Below the pieces are notes generated by a model, which was not told where the DNA came from, made no database searches, and worked only from the letters and a program-made list of their open reading frames with translations. Position numbers and translations under genes: made by a program. A stretch of DNA of 64,000 nt from Chloroflexota bacterium (GTDB lineage Bacteria; Chloroflexota; UBA11872; VXOZ01): assembly GCA_964291655.2 (NCBI GenBank), contig OZ219802.1:992001-1056000 (forward strand), in the 5' to 3' direction. This document shows positions 1 through 9,756 of the stretch, piece after piece; position 1 is the first letter of the stretch, and each line of letters opens with the position of its first letter.

Positions 1-718
1 CATTGCCCCACTCGCTGCCCGAAAGCACCACCTGGCGCGCGTCCAGTGCCTGTGTAAATACGCTCAACAGGTCTTGGGGGATAATGTTCACTTCATTGAG
101 CAGCAGCTTCTTGCCGGTGAGCATGGCATCAACCGCCGGACCCAGCACCGTCGCCGTGCTATGCGCCAGGCTGCCGTCCGGCGTCACAACTTCCACGGAC
201 TGATAGAAGTCGCTGAGGGCGGTATCGCCACTGAACGTGATCTCCACGCACGGTTCGCCTGCCAAGAAGCAAAAGGTCTTGGCCAGGGTCGTCTTGCCGC
301 AACCGGTGGGTCCGGTAAGCAGGATTGATGAGTTTGCGGCGTTGCCGCGCATCACGTGCGCCATCTGACGCAGTGTTGCCGTCATGCGCGGCGTACAGTG
401 ACGAAATACCTCGTGCTCCCGGGGAATTGCGCCGCCAAAGGTGCGCGCGCCGTCCCAGCCGTCAAACTGGCTGGGAATCTCGCAGTGTGTCGTGGCTTCA
501 TTACGTTCCAATGCCAGAGATTGCGGCGGCTGCCTGCGCGGATACCACTCTTTGCCAAGGACAAACGCGCCCTCGTAAAGCAAGACGCCACCGCCAAAAT
601 CGCGAAGCAATGCGCCACGTTCACCGTCTCTGCCGGCATCGCGTTGCACCGGGCGAACCGCAGGATGCAACTCCTCCTCGTCACGGTTGCCCAAGAGCCC
701 GCTCAGAATGTTCCGCAT
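1..718 (-). CDS. AAA+ ATPase, MoxR/dynein-related (AAA_5-like); partial, runs off window start
   Basis: Absent from the ORF track because it has no stop in the window. Manual translation of the minus strand from ATG 718 (alternative 790) is open to the edge, with Walker A ILLTGPTGCGKTTLAK and Walker B-like KLLLNEVN. Confidence 0.8.
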   Translation of the reverse strand, partial: MRNILSGLLGNRDEEELHPAVRPVQRDAGRDGERGALLRDFGGGVLLYEGAFVLGKEWYPRRQPPQSLALERNEATTHCEIPSQFDGWDGARTFGGAIPREHEVFRHCTPRMTATLRQMAHVMRGNAANSSILLTGPTGCGKTTLAKTFCFLAGEPCVEITFSGDTALSDFYQSVEVVTPDGSLAHSTATVLGPAVDAMLTGKKLLLNEVNIIPQDLLSVFTQALDARQVVLSGSEWGN

Positions 719-1071
719 GCGATTGCTTCTCTCTTTCGTGAGTTCGCGTCGATGTGACGCAAACTCGTCGCCCAGCCTGACTCTCGCCATGGCCGCCGCC
801 TGCGACCGCTCTCATTCCCGCGGCACAGCCATGCCAAGAGCAAAGTCTTCCTACACATTATAGCGTTACCGTAGCGGTGCCCGTGGCAGCGACCCGCGGG
901 ACTGGCGGCATTGGCTCTTCGCAACGCAATCTCGCGGCGCAGGTTTCTTGAATGTAGTAACCACTGCCGGATAAGGCGCCGAGTCCCATCGGAGACAGTT
1001 GCTTTGGTATAATGATGGCAATTCATCTCCTCGACTTCTCCCTCCGCTCACACTCACGAAGGGTTTTACCA

Positions 1072-1908
1072 ATGCAACTTGGCGCTCACGTGCGCACCGC
1101 AGGCGGCATCGCCACCTCAATTGCACGCGCAAGAGATCTGGGGTGCGAAAGCCTGCAGATCTTCAGCTCGAATCCCCGCGGCTGGCAACGCGCTCTACCC
1201 AAGGACGAGCACATAACCGCCTTCAACGCGGCTCAAGAGGAATCGCCGCTGCCCGCTCTCTTTCATACGCAATACCTCATTAATTCCGGTTCGCCGAAGC
1301 CGCAAGTCTACGATATGTCCGTAATGACACTGAAGTTCCAGCTCCAAACGGGCGACCTGCTCAATGCCGCAGGGGTAGTCACCCATGTGGGCAGCCATAT
1401 GGGCGACGGTCTGGATCAAGCGTTGCCTCGGATCGAGGCTGCGATTGGCGCGGCACTGGCAGCCTCCGATACCGTACCGCTCTTGCTGGAAAACAGCGCC
1501 GGGTCCGGGGGGAACATCGGCTCAAGCTTTAAGGAACTGGGTGCGATTCTTCGTGCTTGCGATAATCACGAGCGCATCAAGCTCTGTGTAGATACGGCCC
1601 ATGCGTTTGCGTCCGGCTACCACGTGGAAACTGCCGAGGGCTTCGACGCCATGCTCGCGGAGATCGATGAGGAATTCGGATTGGACCGGCTTGCCGCTTT
1701 TCACCTCAACGACTCCAAAGTGCCGTTCGACTCCCATAGGGACCGCCACGAGAACATTGGTGAAGGCCACATCGGACTGGAGGCATTCCGGTACATAGTC
1801 AATCATAAGGCGCTTGCCGGCATTCCGGCTGTGCTGGAAGTGCCGGGATTCGACGACAAGGGCCCTGATCAGGCCAATATGGACATTGTGCGGGGGCTGC
1901 AAGCATGA
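1072..1908 (+). CDS. nfo: Endonuclease IV (AP endonuclease)
   Basis: Motifs LGAHV, QIFSSNPRGW, YLIN, LLENSAG, CVDTAHAFASG, HLNDSK, DRHENIGEG. Confidence 0.93.
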   Translation: MQLGAHVRTAGGIATSIARARDLGCESLQIFSSNPRGWQRALPKDEHITAFNAAQEESPLPALFHTQYLINSGSPKPQVYDMSVMTLKFQLQTGDLLNAAGVVTHVGSHMGDGLDQALPRIEAAIGAALAASDTVPLLLENSAGSGGNIGSSFKELGAILRACDNHERIKLCVDTAHAFASGYHVETAEGFDAMLAEIDEEFGLDRLAAFHLNDSKVPFDSHRDRHENIGEGHIGLEAFRYIVNHKALAGIPAVLEVPGFDDKGPDQANMDIVRGLQA

Positions 1909-2723
1909 GCCCGAAACGCGACTACCGGCTCATAGCCATCGATCTGGACGGCACCCTCATCGACGATCGACTCACAATATCGCCGCGGGTAAAGCAGGCA
2001 CTTGCCGCCGCCCAGGCCCAGGGAATCACGGTCACGCTCGCCAGCGGACGTATGTTCAGGGCAATGGTTCCCTTTGCCCAGGAGCTCAATATCCAAGCGC
2101 CGCTCGTCTGCTACCAAGGGGGGTTGGTGCGGCATCCCGTTACGGAGGAGACGATCTTCCATCTGCCGGTCCCGGCAGCGCTGGCTCAGGAGGTTGTCAC
2201 TCTGGCGCGCACGAGCGGCATTCAAGTAAACGCCTTCATCGATGATCGTCTCCACGTGGAAAGCCTCTCGCCGGAAGCTGAGGTCTACATGCGGATTGCG
2301 CAGGTAGAGGCCACCGAGGTGCCGGATCTCCTGGACTTCCTGAATGACAATCCTTCAACAAAGCTTGTGCTCGTGAATCTCGACGAAGACAAGACGAATA
2401 GCTTGGTCGAAGCAATGACTGCGCACTTTGGCAGCCGGTTGGGCATAACAAAGTCCCACCGCTACTATACCGAGGCAATTCATGCGGACGTTTCCAAAGG
2501 CCGCGCCCTCAAGCAACTTGCCGGCGTCATGGGTCTCTCGCTGGACCAAGTAGTAGGGATCGGCGACAATCTCAACGACCTGAGTCTGGTGGAGACTGCC
2601 GGGTTCGGCGTGGCGATGGGAAATGGCGATCCCCGCGTCAAGGCCGCAGCGGACTTTGTCACCACCACCTACGAAGAGGACGGCGTCGCCGTAGCTATCG
2701 AGAAGCACGTGCTCCACGCCTGA
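1905..2723 (+). CDS. Cof-type HAD-IIB hydrolase
   Basis: DLDGTL, ASGR, SKGRAL, GDNLNDLSL, AMGNG motifs; ATGA overlap with nfo. Confidence 0.92.
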   Translation: MSPKRDYRLIAIDLDGTLIDDRLTISPRVKQALAAAQAQGITVTLASGRMFRAMVPFAQELNIQAPLVCYQGGLVRHPVTEETIFHLPVPAALAQEVVTLARTSGIQVNAFIDDRLHVESLSPEAEVYMRIAQVEATEVPDLLDFLNDNPSTKLVLVNLDEDKTNSLVEAMTAHFGSRLGITKSHRYYTEAIHADVSKGRALKQLAGVMGLSLDQVVGIGDNLNDLSLVETAGFGVAMGNGDPRVKAAADFVTTTYEEDGVAVAIEKHVLHA

Positions 2724-2891
2724 AAAGCCAGGGCGGCCTTGGTAGCATCAGCTTGATTGGATATTCCCGCGTTGGTCTTGCACACTCTCAAATTACTCAC
2801 GGTCGCAGTGAACTGCGACCGCATCGGAATTGGCGCCAAATCCCTCTCGTAGGTGGCGTCTATGTCGCCTGGGCCCGCTAGCGAGAAGACT

Positions 2892-2924
2892 CCCTTTCCC
2901 TGGGGAGAGGCTCGGGGTGAGGGG
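2892..2924 (+). repeat. REP-like palindrome of the CCCTCTCCC/GGGAGAGGG family (unoccupied copy)
   Basis: ccctttccctggggagaggctcggggtgagggg matches the family seen at ~5526, 15460, 21713, 23843, 43527, 47739. Confidence 0.75.
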
Positions 2925-2989
2925 CAAGCGCAGCAATCCGGCCCGTTTTCAACTGAACGACGACGATATCCACAGGAATTCTTCGAGAC

Positions 2990-3619
2990 ATGCAAGAGAG
3001 AATAGTCTGCGCTTCCGATCCCGCCGCAATCCAGCGCGCCGCGACGACAATCCGCAGTGGCGGCATCGTCGCCTATCCCACCGATACGGTGTATGGTCTT
3101 GGGGCCAACGTCTTTCTGCCGCAAGCGCTTGACAAGGTCATGGAGGCAAAACGGCGGCCCGACGAAAAGTCCCTGCCGGTCCTGATCGGGGACCAAGCAC
3201 ACCTTGGAGAACTCGTGACAAGCATTCCACAAGACGCGAGGCGGCTCATGGAGGTTTTCTGGCCGGGAGCGCTCACCATCGTTTTGACGAAGCAACCGCA
3301 TCTCTCGCCGCTCTTAGGGGAAGCGACGCTTGCCGTGCGCCAGCCGAATCATGCTGCGGTGCTTGCATTGCTCGCAGCGGCGGGATGTCCGCTCACAGGC
3401 ACCAGCGCCAACCGGAGCGGCTGGCCGCCTGCAACCACCGCTGAAGATGCGCAAGAGCAACTGGGTGAGGGGGTAGACCTGATTCTCGACGGCGGACCTG
3501 CCACCGGCAACACGCCATCTACCGTGCTTGACTGCACGGTGCAGCCCGCTCGCATACTCCGGGAGGGCGCGGTCACGCGGAGCGCGCTCGCCGCTGTTCT
3601 AGGAGACCTTGCGCCTTAG
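2990..3619 (+). CDS. tsaC: L-threonylcarbamoyladenylate synthase (TsaC/YrdC)
   Basis: YPTDTVYGLG, KRRP, FWPGALT, TSANRSG, PSTVLD motifs. Confidence 0.93.
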   Translation: MQERIVCASDPAAIQRAATTIRSGGIVAYPTDTVYGLGANVFLPQALDKVMEAKRRPDEKSLPVLIGDQAHLGELVTSIPQDARRLMEVFWPGALTIVLTKQPHLSPLLGEATLAVRQPNHAAVLALLAAAGCPLTGTSANRSGWPPATTAEDAQEQLGEGVDLILDGGPATGNTPSTVLDCTVQPARILREGAVTRSALAAVLGDLAP

Positions 3620-4094
3620 CCCAAATCCCGGCTTCGTTCGCAAAGCTCAAGGTTCCCGCCACCTGACCGAGCGGCACCCAAGTTACGGCGCTTACTTCCG
3701 GACTCTCGTCGCTCGTCTTCCCGCCGACGTATTCCATCAGATAGAAGAGCGCAGTCTTGGCAATCTGACGGCCCCGCACTCGAAAACCATAGCGAATCGT
3801 GCCGACGCGCTCCAATATTCGCGCGTCCACGCCGGTCTCCTCCTTCACTTCTCGCAGCGCCGCGTCGCTTGACGTCTCACCGTGCTCCAAGTGGCCTTTT
3901 GGGAATATCCAGCCATCGTGCGCGCTGCTCTGGGTTACCAGCACCACCACCTGCCCGTCATCCTCTCGGAACACGATGCCGCCTGCAGAGTGTTCTTTCT
4001 GCATGCGCTTCGTCCGCTTCCGACTGCGGTGCGGTTGTTTCGGCCCGTCGGCACCTTGCTTTATGCGGTTTCGATTCATGGCTTTTGCAGTCAC
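3573..4094 (-). CDS. NUDIX hydrolase with basic N-terminal extension
   Basis: SAGGIVFR plus Nudix box PKGHLEHGETSSDAALREVKEETG; start uncertain; 3' end overlaps tsaC. Confidence 0.88.
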   Translation of the reverse strand: MTAKAMNRNRIKQGADGPKQPHRSRKRTKRMQKEHSAGGIVFREDDGQVVVLVTQSSAHDGWIFPKGHLEHGETSSDAALREVKEETGVDARILERVGTIRYGFRVRGRQIAKTALFYLMEYVGGKTSDESPEVSAVTWVPLGQVAGTLSFANEAGIWAKAQGLLEQRRARSA

Positions 4095-4212
4095 CTGCTC
4101 CAGGTAACTATACTTGATGTATGTGCTCAGGCAGCTGAGCGATTCATTTTCCGTATACTTGTGAAATTTGGAAATAGCATACCACGTTCCCTTGGCAGGT
4201 GGAGGAATAACG

Positions 4213-5484
4213 ATGAGTGTAACGATCGATCTCCTAGCTGAGAAGCTCGTTCAGGCGCGTCTCGCATCACGCGCTATCGCGCAGCTTTCGACCAATACCA
4301 AGAATACGGTGCTCCAGGCAGTGGCTGACGCCATTGAAAGTGAGACGGAGCACCTTGTTAGCGAAAACAGCAGTGACGTTACCGCCGCAACCGCATCGGG
4401 AGTAGACGCCTACTCGATAGACCGTCTTACGCTTACACCGAAAGTCCTGGCAGGTATTGCCAGCGACGTGCGCAACGTAGCCGCTCTGGAAGACCCGGTG
4501 GGTGCGGTCACCGATATGCGCACGGTCGAGAGCGGGATTACCGTTGGGCGGATACGCGTGCCGTTCGGCGTCGTCGGCGCCATCTACGAATCGCGGCCGA
4601 ACGTAACGGTAGACATCGCCTGTCTCTGCTTTAAGTCCGGTAATGCCGTCGTGCTGCGCGGCGGATCCGAGGCCATTTCCTCTAACGTCGCTTTGGCTCG
4701 CGTAATCCATGACGCCGGCGTCGCTGCCGGAGCGCCCATGCATTGGGTGCAACTCATCGAAGACACCGACCGCGCCCACGTGCACAGCTTGCTGCAAGCA
4801 AAGGGCGACATCGACTTGGTGATACCCCGCGGGGGCGCCGGTCTCATCAATTTCGTCGTCGAGAATGCAACGGTGCCGGTGATCGAAACCGGAGCAGGTG
4901 TCTGCCACACGTACGTGGACGAACACGCCGACCTGGAGAAGGCACGGCGAATTGTGGTGAACGCCAAGACCCGTCGCTACTCGATTTGCAACACTCTTGA
5001 CACGCTGCTCGTCCATGCGGCTATTGCGCCGCAGTTTCTCCCCGCCGTCTATCCCGACCTGGCTGCGGCCGGCGTGGAGATTCACGGCTGCCCACGTACG
5101 CAAGCAATCCTTGGAGAGTCGCCGCACGTGCTGCCGGCCATCGACGAAGACTGGGGCAAGGAGTTCCTGGCGCTTACGATGGCAGTCAAGGTGGTCGATG
5201 ATTTCGATGCCGCCATGGACCACCTCCACACCTACACGTCCAGCCATTCCGAAGCGATCGTCACGCAAGACTATACCGCGGGACAGCGTTTCATGCGCGT
5301 GATGGATGCCGCCGCCGTCTACTGGAACGCCTCAACACAGTTCACCGACGGGGCGCAATTCGGTCTCGGTGCCGAAGTGGGCATCAGCACGCAAAAGCTC
5401 CACGCTCGCGGCCCTATGGCGCTGGAAGAAATGACCACGTATAAGTGGCTCGTCTACGGAGACGGAGCCATTCGGCCTCTCTAG
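4213..5484 (+). CDS. proA: Gamma-glutamyl phosphate reductase
   Basis: IYESRPNVT, PRGGAGLI, ICNTLDTLL, GAEVGISTQKLHARGPM; SD GGAGG before ATG 4213. Confidence 0.95.
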   Translation: MSVTIDLLAEKLVQARLASRAIAQLSTNTKNTVLQAVADAIESETEHLVSENSSDVTAATASGVDAYSIDRLTLTPKVLAGIASDVRNVAALEDPVGAVTDMRTVESGITVGRIRVPFGVVGAIYESRPNVTVDIACLCFKSGNAVVLRGGSEAISSNVALARVIHDAGVAAGAPMHWVQLIEDTDRAHVHSLLQAKGDIDLVIPRGGAGLINFVVENATVPVIETGAGVCHTYVDEHADLEKARRIVVNAKTRRYSICNTLDTLLVHAAIAPQFLPAVYPDLAAAGVEIHGCPRTQAILGESPHVLPAIDEDWGKEFLALTMAVKVVDDFDAAMDHLHTYTSSHSEAIVTQDYTAGQRFMRVMDAAAVYWNASTQFTDGAQFGLGAEVGISTQKLHARGPMALEEMTTYKWLVYGDGAIRPL

Positions 5485-5548
5485 CGAGCGGGAAGACTGT
5501 CGGGAGTTCTGGTGCCGGGATTCATCCCCTCACCCCAACCCTCTCCCC

Positions 5549-6813
5549 TGTATAGACCGGGTACATGGGTTACACATGTTCGGGCACATAGGTTACACCT
5601 TAAGGCATGGAGATTCTTACAGATGGAGGAGCGCCATGCCTTGGAAGGAGAGTACGGTTGTGTCTGAACGCAAGGAGTTCATTGCACTGGCACTGATGGA
5701 AGGGGCCAACATCAGCGAGCTGTGTCGCCGTCTGGAGATCAGTCGCAAGACGGCGTACAAGACGCTGGAGCGGTATGCGAAAGCTGGCGAAGACGGTTTG
5801 CACGACCGGTCGCGGCGGCCGCACACGTGTCCGCACCGCACGCGCCCGGCGCTGGAGGAGCGCATCATCGCCTTGCGCCTGGCGCATCCGAAGAAAGGCG
5901 CACACGTGCTGCGCCGGATGCTGCAGGACCAGGGGGTCACCGACGTGCCGGCCAAGAGCACCATCAATGCCATTCTCAAACGCCATGGGCTCATCGATCC
6001 AGCCCAGAGCGCCAAGCACACGCCCCATGTGCGCTTCGAACGACCCCAGCCCAACGAGCTGTGGCAGATGGACTTCAAGGGACATTTCGTCATGCAGCAG
6101 AACCGCTGTCATCCTCTCACCCTCCTAGACGATCACTCCCGCTTCAACCTCGGGTTACAGGCCTGTGCCAACGAGCGGGGAGAGACGGTCCAAGACCGCC
6201 TCACCGCTGTCTTTCGCCGCTACGGCTTGCCCCAGGCCATGCTCATGGACAACGGCTCTCCCTGGGGTAACGACAGTGCCCAGCCCTTCACGCCCCTCAC
6301 CGTCTGGCTCATGCAGCTGGGCATCAACGTCCTGCACAGCCGACCCTACCATCCCCAGACACTCGGCAAGCTGGAACGCTTCCACCGCTCCCTCAAGAGC
6401 GAACTGCTGGCAGGGACCACCTTTACCGACCTGGACCATTGCCAGCGCGCCTTTGACACCTGGCGCCACTTCTACAACTTGGAACGCCCACACCATGCCC
6501 TCGATCTCGACACTCCCATTACCAGATACACGCCTAGTCCTCGCCCTTTCCCAGAGACCTTGCCTGCCCTCGCCTACGCTCCCGACGACCGCGTACGCAG
6601 CGTCGATGTCTCCGGCCGCATCTCCTTCCAAGGCAGACGGCTCCGTGTGGGCAGGGCCTTCACGCACAAGCAAGTCGCCCTGCGACCCACCCGAACGGAC
6701 GGTGTCTGGGACGTGTACTTCTCGATCCAAAGAGTAAAAACCATAGACCTCAGAGCACAAAATGTGTAACCTATCTACCCGAACATCTGTTACCTATGTC
6801 CCCGGTCTGTACA
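5549..6813 (+). mobile_element. IS481-family insertion sequence, copy 1 (1265 bp)
   Basis: TGT...ACA ends with inverted subterminal repeats; 6-bp target duplication CTCCCC (5543-5548 / 6814-6819). Confidence 0.95.
5636..6769 (+). CDS. IS481-family transposase
   Basis: N-terminal HTH; integrase core WQMDFKG, DNGSPW, GKLERFHRSLK; SD GGAGG before ATG 5636. Confidence 0.95.
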   Translation: MPWKESTVVSERKEFIALALMEGANISELCRRLEISRKTAYKTLERYAKAGEDGLHDRSRRPHTCPHRTRPALEERIIALRLAHPKKGAHVLRRMLQDQGVTDVPAKSTINAILKRHGLIDPAQSAKHTPHVRFERPQPNELWQMDFKGHFVMQQNRCHPLTLLDDHSRFNLGLQACANERGETVQDRLTAVFRRYGLPQAMLMDNGSPWGNDSAQPFTPLTVWLMQLGINVLHSRPYHPQTLGKLERFHRSLKSELLAGTTFTDLDHCQRAFDTWRHFYNLERPHHALDLDTPITRYTPSPRPFPETLPALAYAPDDRVRSVDVSGRISFQGRRLRVGRAFTHKQVALRPTRTDGVWDVYFSIQRVKTIDLRAQNV

Positions 6814-6823
6814 CTCCCCAGGG

Positions 6824-6920
6824 AGAGGGAGTCTCCGGCCTGTCGGCGTGGGCTCTCCCCAGCAAGAGGGAGCCTTCGGCCTGTCGGCGTGGGTTCTCCA
6901 CAGCGAGAGGGAGCCTCTCC
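6824..6920 (+). repeat. 41-bp tandem repeat (~2.4 units) containing degenerate REP cores
   Basis: agagggag...cggcctgtcggcgtggg.tctcc.cagc repeated at 6824, 6865, 6906. Confidence 0.8.
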
Positions 6921-6995
6921 GTCTGCCAGGTACAGGTGTACAAGGTCGCCCAGGAAGTGGGAACCGGCTAGGTGCGCGCTTTTCACTGCCAACCT

Positions 6996-7185
6996 GTAGC
7001 GCGGAGGCTTGTCCTCCGCTCCTTGCCTCCCGATCCGCCGCACGAGGACACGCAACTCGACCATTGCTTGCCATCCCGTAGCGCGGGTGCTTGTCCCCCG
7101 CTCTTCGCCTCCCCATCTGCATCACGTGGTCACGCAACTCTACCCTTGCCTGCCATGCCGCAGTGTCGGGGGTTTTCCCTCACTG
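6996..7185 (+). repeat. 82-bp tandem repeat headed by a GTAG-type REP (GTAGCGCGGGGGCTTGTCCCCCGC)
   Basis: Units start at 6996, 7078 and 7160 (degenerate); same REP at 26978-27001, 28269-28292, 29184-29208, ~54730. Confidence 0.8.
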
Positions 7186-7223
7186 CTCGGCACGCATGAC
7201 TTTCGCCAAATTGAGCAAAGTGC

Positions 7224-7634
7224 TTAGTTACTCGGCTCAGGCGTTTTCACCACGGTGGGACCCGCCGGAGTAGGTGTAGGCTCCTGGCTTGGTGGTGCCG
7301 GAATCTTCAACTCCTGGCCGATGGAGAGAGGATAGGGGTCTTGTAGGTTGTTCGCTGCGGCGATCTGTTGCCACGTAACGCCTGGAAACTTGTCGGCAAT
7401 TGTGCTCAAAGTGTCCCCGGACACTACCGTATAGACAGAGTCTTCAGACGGTTGTGCCGTCGCTCCCGCCACAGGTGTCGGACTTGGTCGAATAATGGTA
7501 ATTGTCGGAGTCGGCGTGGGGGGTACTTCCTCGCCGTCCTCATCTCCCATGAATGGGATGCAGCCGGCTGCCAGCACGACCAGGGCGACGCCCAGCACCA
7601 TAGATTGCGCAATCGAACGACTATCCTGCTTCAT
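7224..7634 (-). CDS. LysM-domain lipoprotein with Pro/Thr-rich linkers
   Basis: Lipobox LAAGC; LysM YTVVSGDTLSTIA...IAAANNL...IGQELKIP. Confidence 0.9.
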   Translation of the reverse strand: MKQDSRSIAQSMVLGVALVVLAAGCIPFMGDEDGEEVPPTPTPTITIIRPSPTPVAGATAQPSEDSVYTVVSGDTLSTIADKFPGVTWQQIAAANNLQDPYPLSIGQELKIPAPPSQEPTPTPAGPTVVKTPEPSN

Positions 7635-8054
7635 GCTGACCCTCTCTGCTTCGTTACAGTTCGCAATGCCGCTCGTCTTCAGCCTTCGCTAGAATTCATT
7701 TACGAACCCCGACGTACTCAAGAGCTATCCCAGGAAACGACAAGGGATAACGCTGCACTGAACTACGTGAAACCCATGGAAACATAGGAGACGGAGGCAA
7801 TAAGGAGATACGAGGGGCTCTATCAGGAACGCTCCAGAGTCCTTGCTACATCGGCTTGGCCGCTCACTACGAGTGCGAATCGAGCTATCCAACGGGATTG
7901 CCAACTCCTCGGCGTTCAATGTTAATGTAGTACACACATAAAGCTCCTGACAAGTTTCTCGAGGAGCTGCACAGGTCGTCGTGTGCGTCGTGGGCGGCCA
8001 TCGAGATTGGGTCGAGCTAAATTCATTGAGCCGTTCCCACCCCTGAACGGTGTC

Positions 8055-8783
8055 TCACCCTGTTAGCAAATCGCCCGGCAGGTGCTCTACACGGTTTTGG
8101 TAGCGAATCACCGTCTCATTCTCTGTGAATTCCAGACTCGTCATGCCTGTATTGTAGTGATTGAAGTAGCATTCCCCCTGTTGCTGGCTGCCCATGAGAG
8201 CATGCAATAAGCCATTGGCCGCCGTGCCGTGGGTGATGATGGCAATGTGCTCATCCGTACTCTTTGCCATCGAGCGCAGCTCCTCCGCCACACGTGCCAG
8301 GCGTGGTAAATACTCTGCCTCTCCTTCCGGCGGACGGTTCCACCAACCGTCAGCGGCAAAGTCCGGCGGGATGACATAGCCAGGAAACTGCTCACCCACC
8401 TCTGCACGGGTAAGCCCCGCATGTCCGCGCGGGCCACGCCCGTTGCTTTCGTCATATCGTATGCCGCCCGACTCGTGCAGATCCAGCCAAATCTCCGGGT
8501 GAAGGCCGAGAGCGGCCGCCACCGGTTGCGTCGTTTGCAGCGCCCGCCGCATGGGACTACACAATAGCCGCGCGATGGCATAACCCGAACGATCGCCGTG
8601 CTGTGGCTGCTGGCCCGCTATCAACCTACTCTGCAAGTGCTCGCCAAGCAGCGCAGCCTGTCTCCGGCCCACGTCCGAAATGGCGGGGTCAGTCAGGTAA
8701 CACCGTTCGGCCGGAGGCATACTCGCAAGCCGAACGCCCCGGCGGTAGGTCACGTGGGCGTGGCGGATGATGTACAGTCTCAC
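8055..8783 (-). CDS. Histidine phosphatase (phosphoglycerate mutase) family protein
   Basis: YIIRHA, SPMRRALQT, IITHG motifs. Confidence 0.88.
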   Translation of the reverse strand: MRLYIIRHAHVTYRRGVRLASMPPAERCYLTDPAISDVGRRQAALLGEHLQSRLIAGQQPQHGDRSGYAIARLLCSPMRRALQTTQPVAAALGLHPEIWLDLHESGGIRYDESNGRGPRGHAGLTRAEVGEQFPGYVIPPDFAADGWWNRPPEGEAEYLPRLARVAEELRSMAKSTDEHIAIITHGTAANGLLHALMGSQQQGECYFNHYNTGMTSLEFTENETVIRYQNRVEHLPGDLLTG

Positions 8784-8936
8784 GCTCGTCCTCCGTCCAA
8801 TCTCCGTGTCGATTCATGCCGCGCTCGATGCCCGAGATTCTCATCCCGCTCGATACGTGCCTCCGACTTTGCGCCCGTAGCGCAGCGCATCAACGTCTGC
8901 TGCATTAGTCCTGTCGCTCCGCAATTCCCCAGGGCG

Positions 8937-9518
8937 TTAGCCGCCTTCCTCCGGTCGAAAGTTCAGATGCACCTTGCTCTCAGTGGGTTTGTCTTGGTCC
9001 TGGTACTTGCTGCCGAGTCCGGGTGAACCGTAGGGCCGGTCTACGGGAGTAGTCATCGTAAGAAACGAAATCTGCCCAATGAACATGCCCGGATAGAGCG
9101 GGATCGGGAGTTTTGCCACATTCGAGAGTTCCAGGGTTATCGTGCCGGAAAATCCCGGGTCGATGTATCCCGCCGTCGAGTGGATGATGAGACCGAGGCG
9201 CCCCAGCGAACTCTTACCTTCCAGGCGGCCCACCAAGTCTTCGGGCAGCCCCACGCGTTCAAGGGTAGTGCCGAGAGCAAATTCTCCCGGATGCAGCACG
9301 AACGGCTCGTCCTCCGCTACCTCGACACTCTGCGTGAGATCAGGCTGCGGCGCGCTCACGTCAATGTGCGTATAGCGGCTGTGCTCGAAAACGCGAAAGT
9401 GCCTGCCCAGCCGCACGTCCACGCTGGAGGGCTGCACGTGCTCCGCCGCGAACGGCTCGATGCACAAACGTCCCTGAGCTATAAGTTCTGAAATTGTTCG
9501 GTCGCTAAGAACAGACAT
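8937..9518 (-). CDS. dcd: dCTP deaminase
   Basis: QPSSVDVRLG, EGKSSLGRLG, AGYIDPGF, GTITLE, SKYQ. Confidence 0.95.
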   Translation of the reverse strand: MSVLSDRTISELIAQGRLCIEPFAAEHVQPSSVDVRLGRHFRVFEHSRYTHIDVSAPQPDLTQSVEVAEDEPFVLHPGEFALGTTLERVGLPEDLVGRLEGKSSLGRLGLIIHSTAGYIDPGFSGTITLELSNVAKLPIPLYPGMFIGQISFLTMTTPVDRPYGSPGLGSKYQDQDKPTESKVHLNFRPEEGG

Positions 9519-9756
9519 GAGTTGCCACGCGCCATCCTCGCCGCGAATTGTCTACGTGCCACTGGTCAGTATAGTGCAGACGGAAGAAGGCCGCGCCTTT
9601 CACGTGCCCTTCGCGGGACCACACACGTTCTCATGCAGTTGACGCTGGACCAGTCAAGGCACAGAGTGCTAACTGTCCCAGTTTCGTGCTATCCTATCGT
9701 GTAAGATTACTCCAATTCCACGTCAATTCCAAGAATACGCGAAAGGAAACTGCGGT

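Noticed and set aside
5576-5635. Upstream ATG for the IS481 transposase
   Set aside because: Lies within the terminal repeats; the SD supports ATG 5636.
7635-8054. Possible c-di-AMP (ydaO) riboswitch or sRNA upstream of the LysM gene
   Set aside because: Conserved ydaO motifs not found; only isolated small hairpins.
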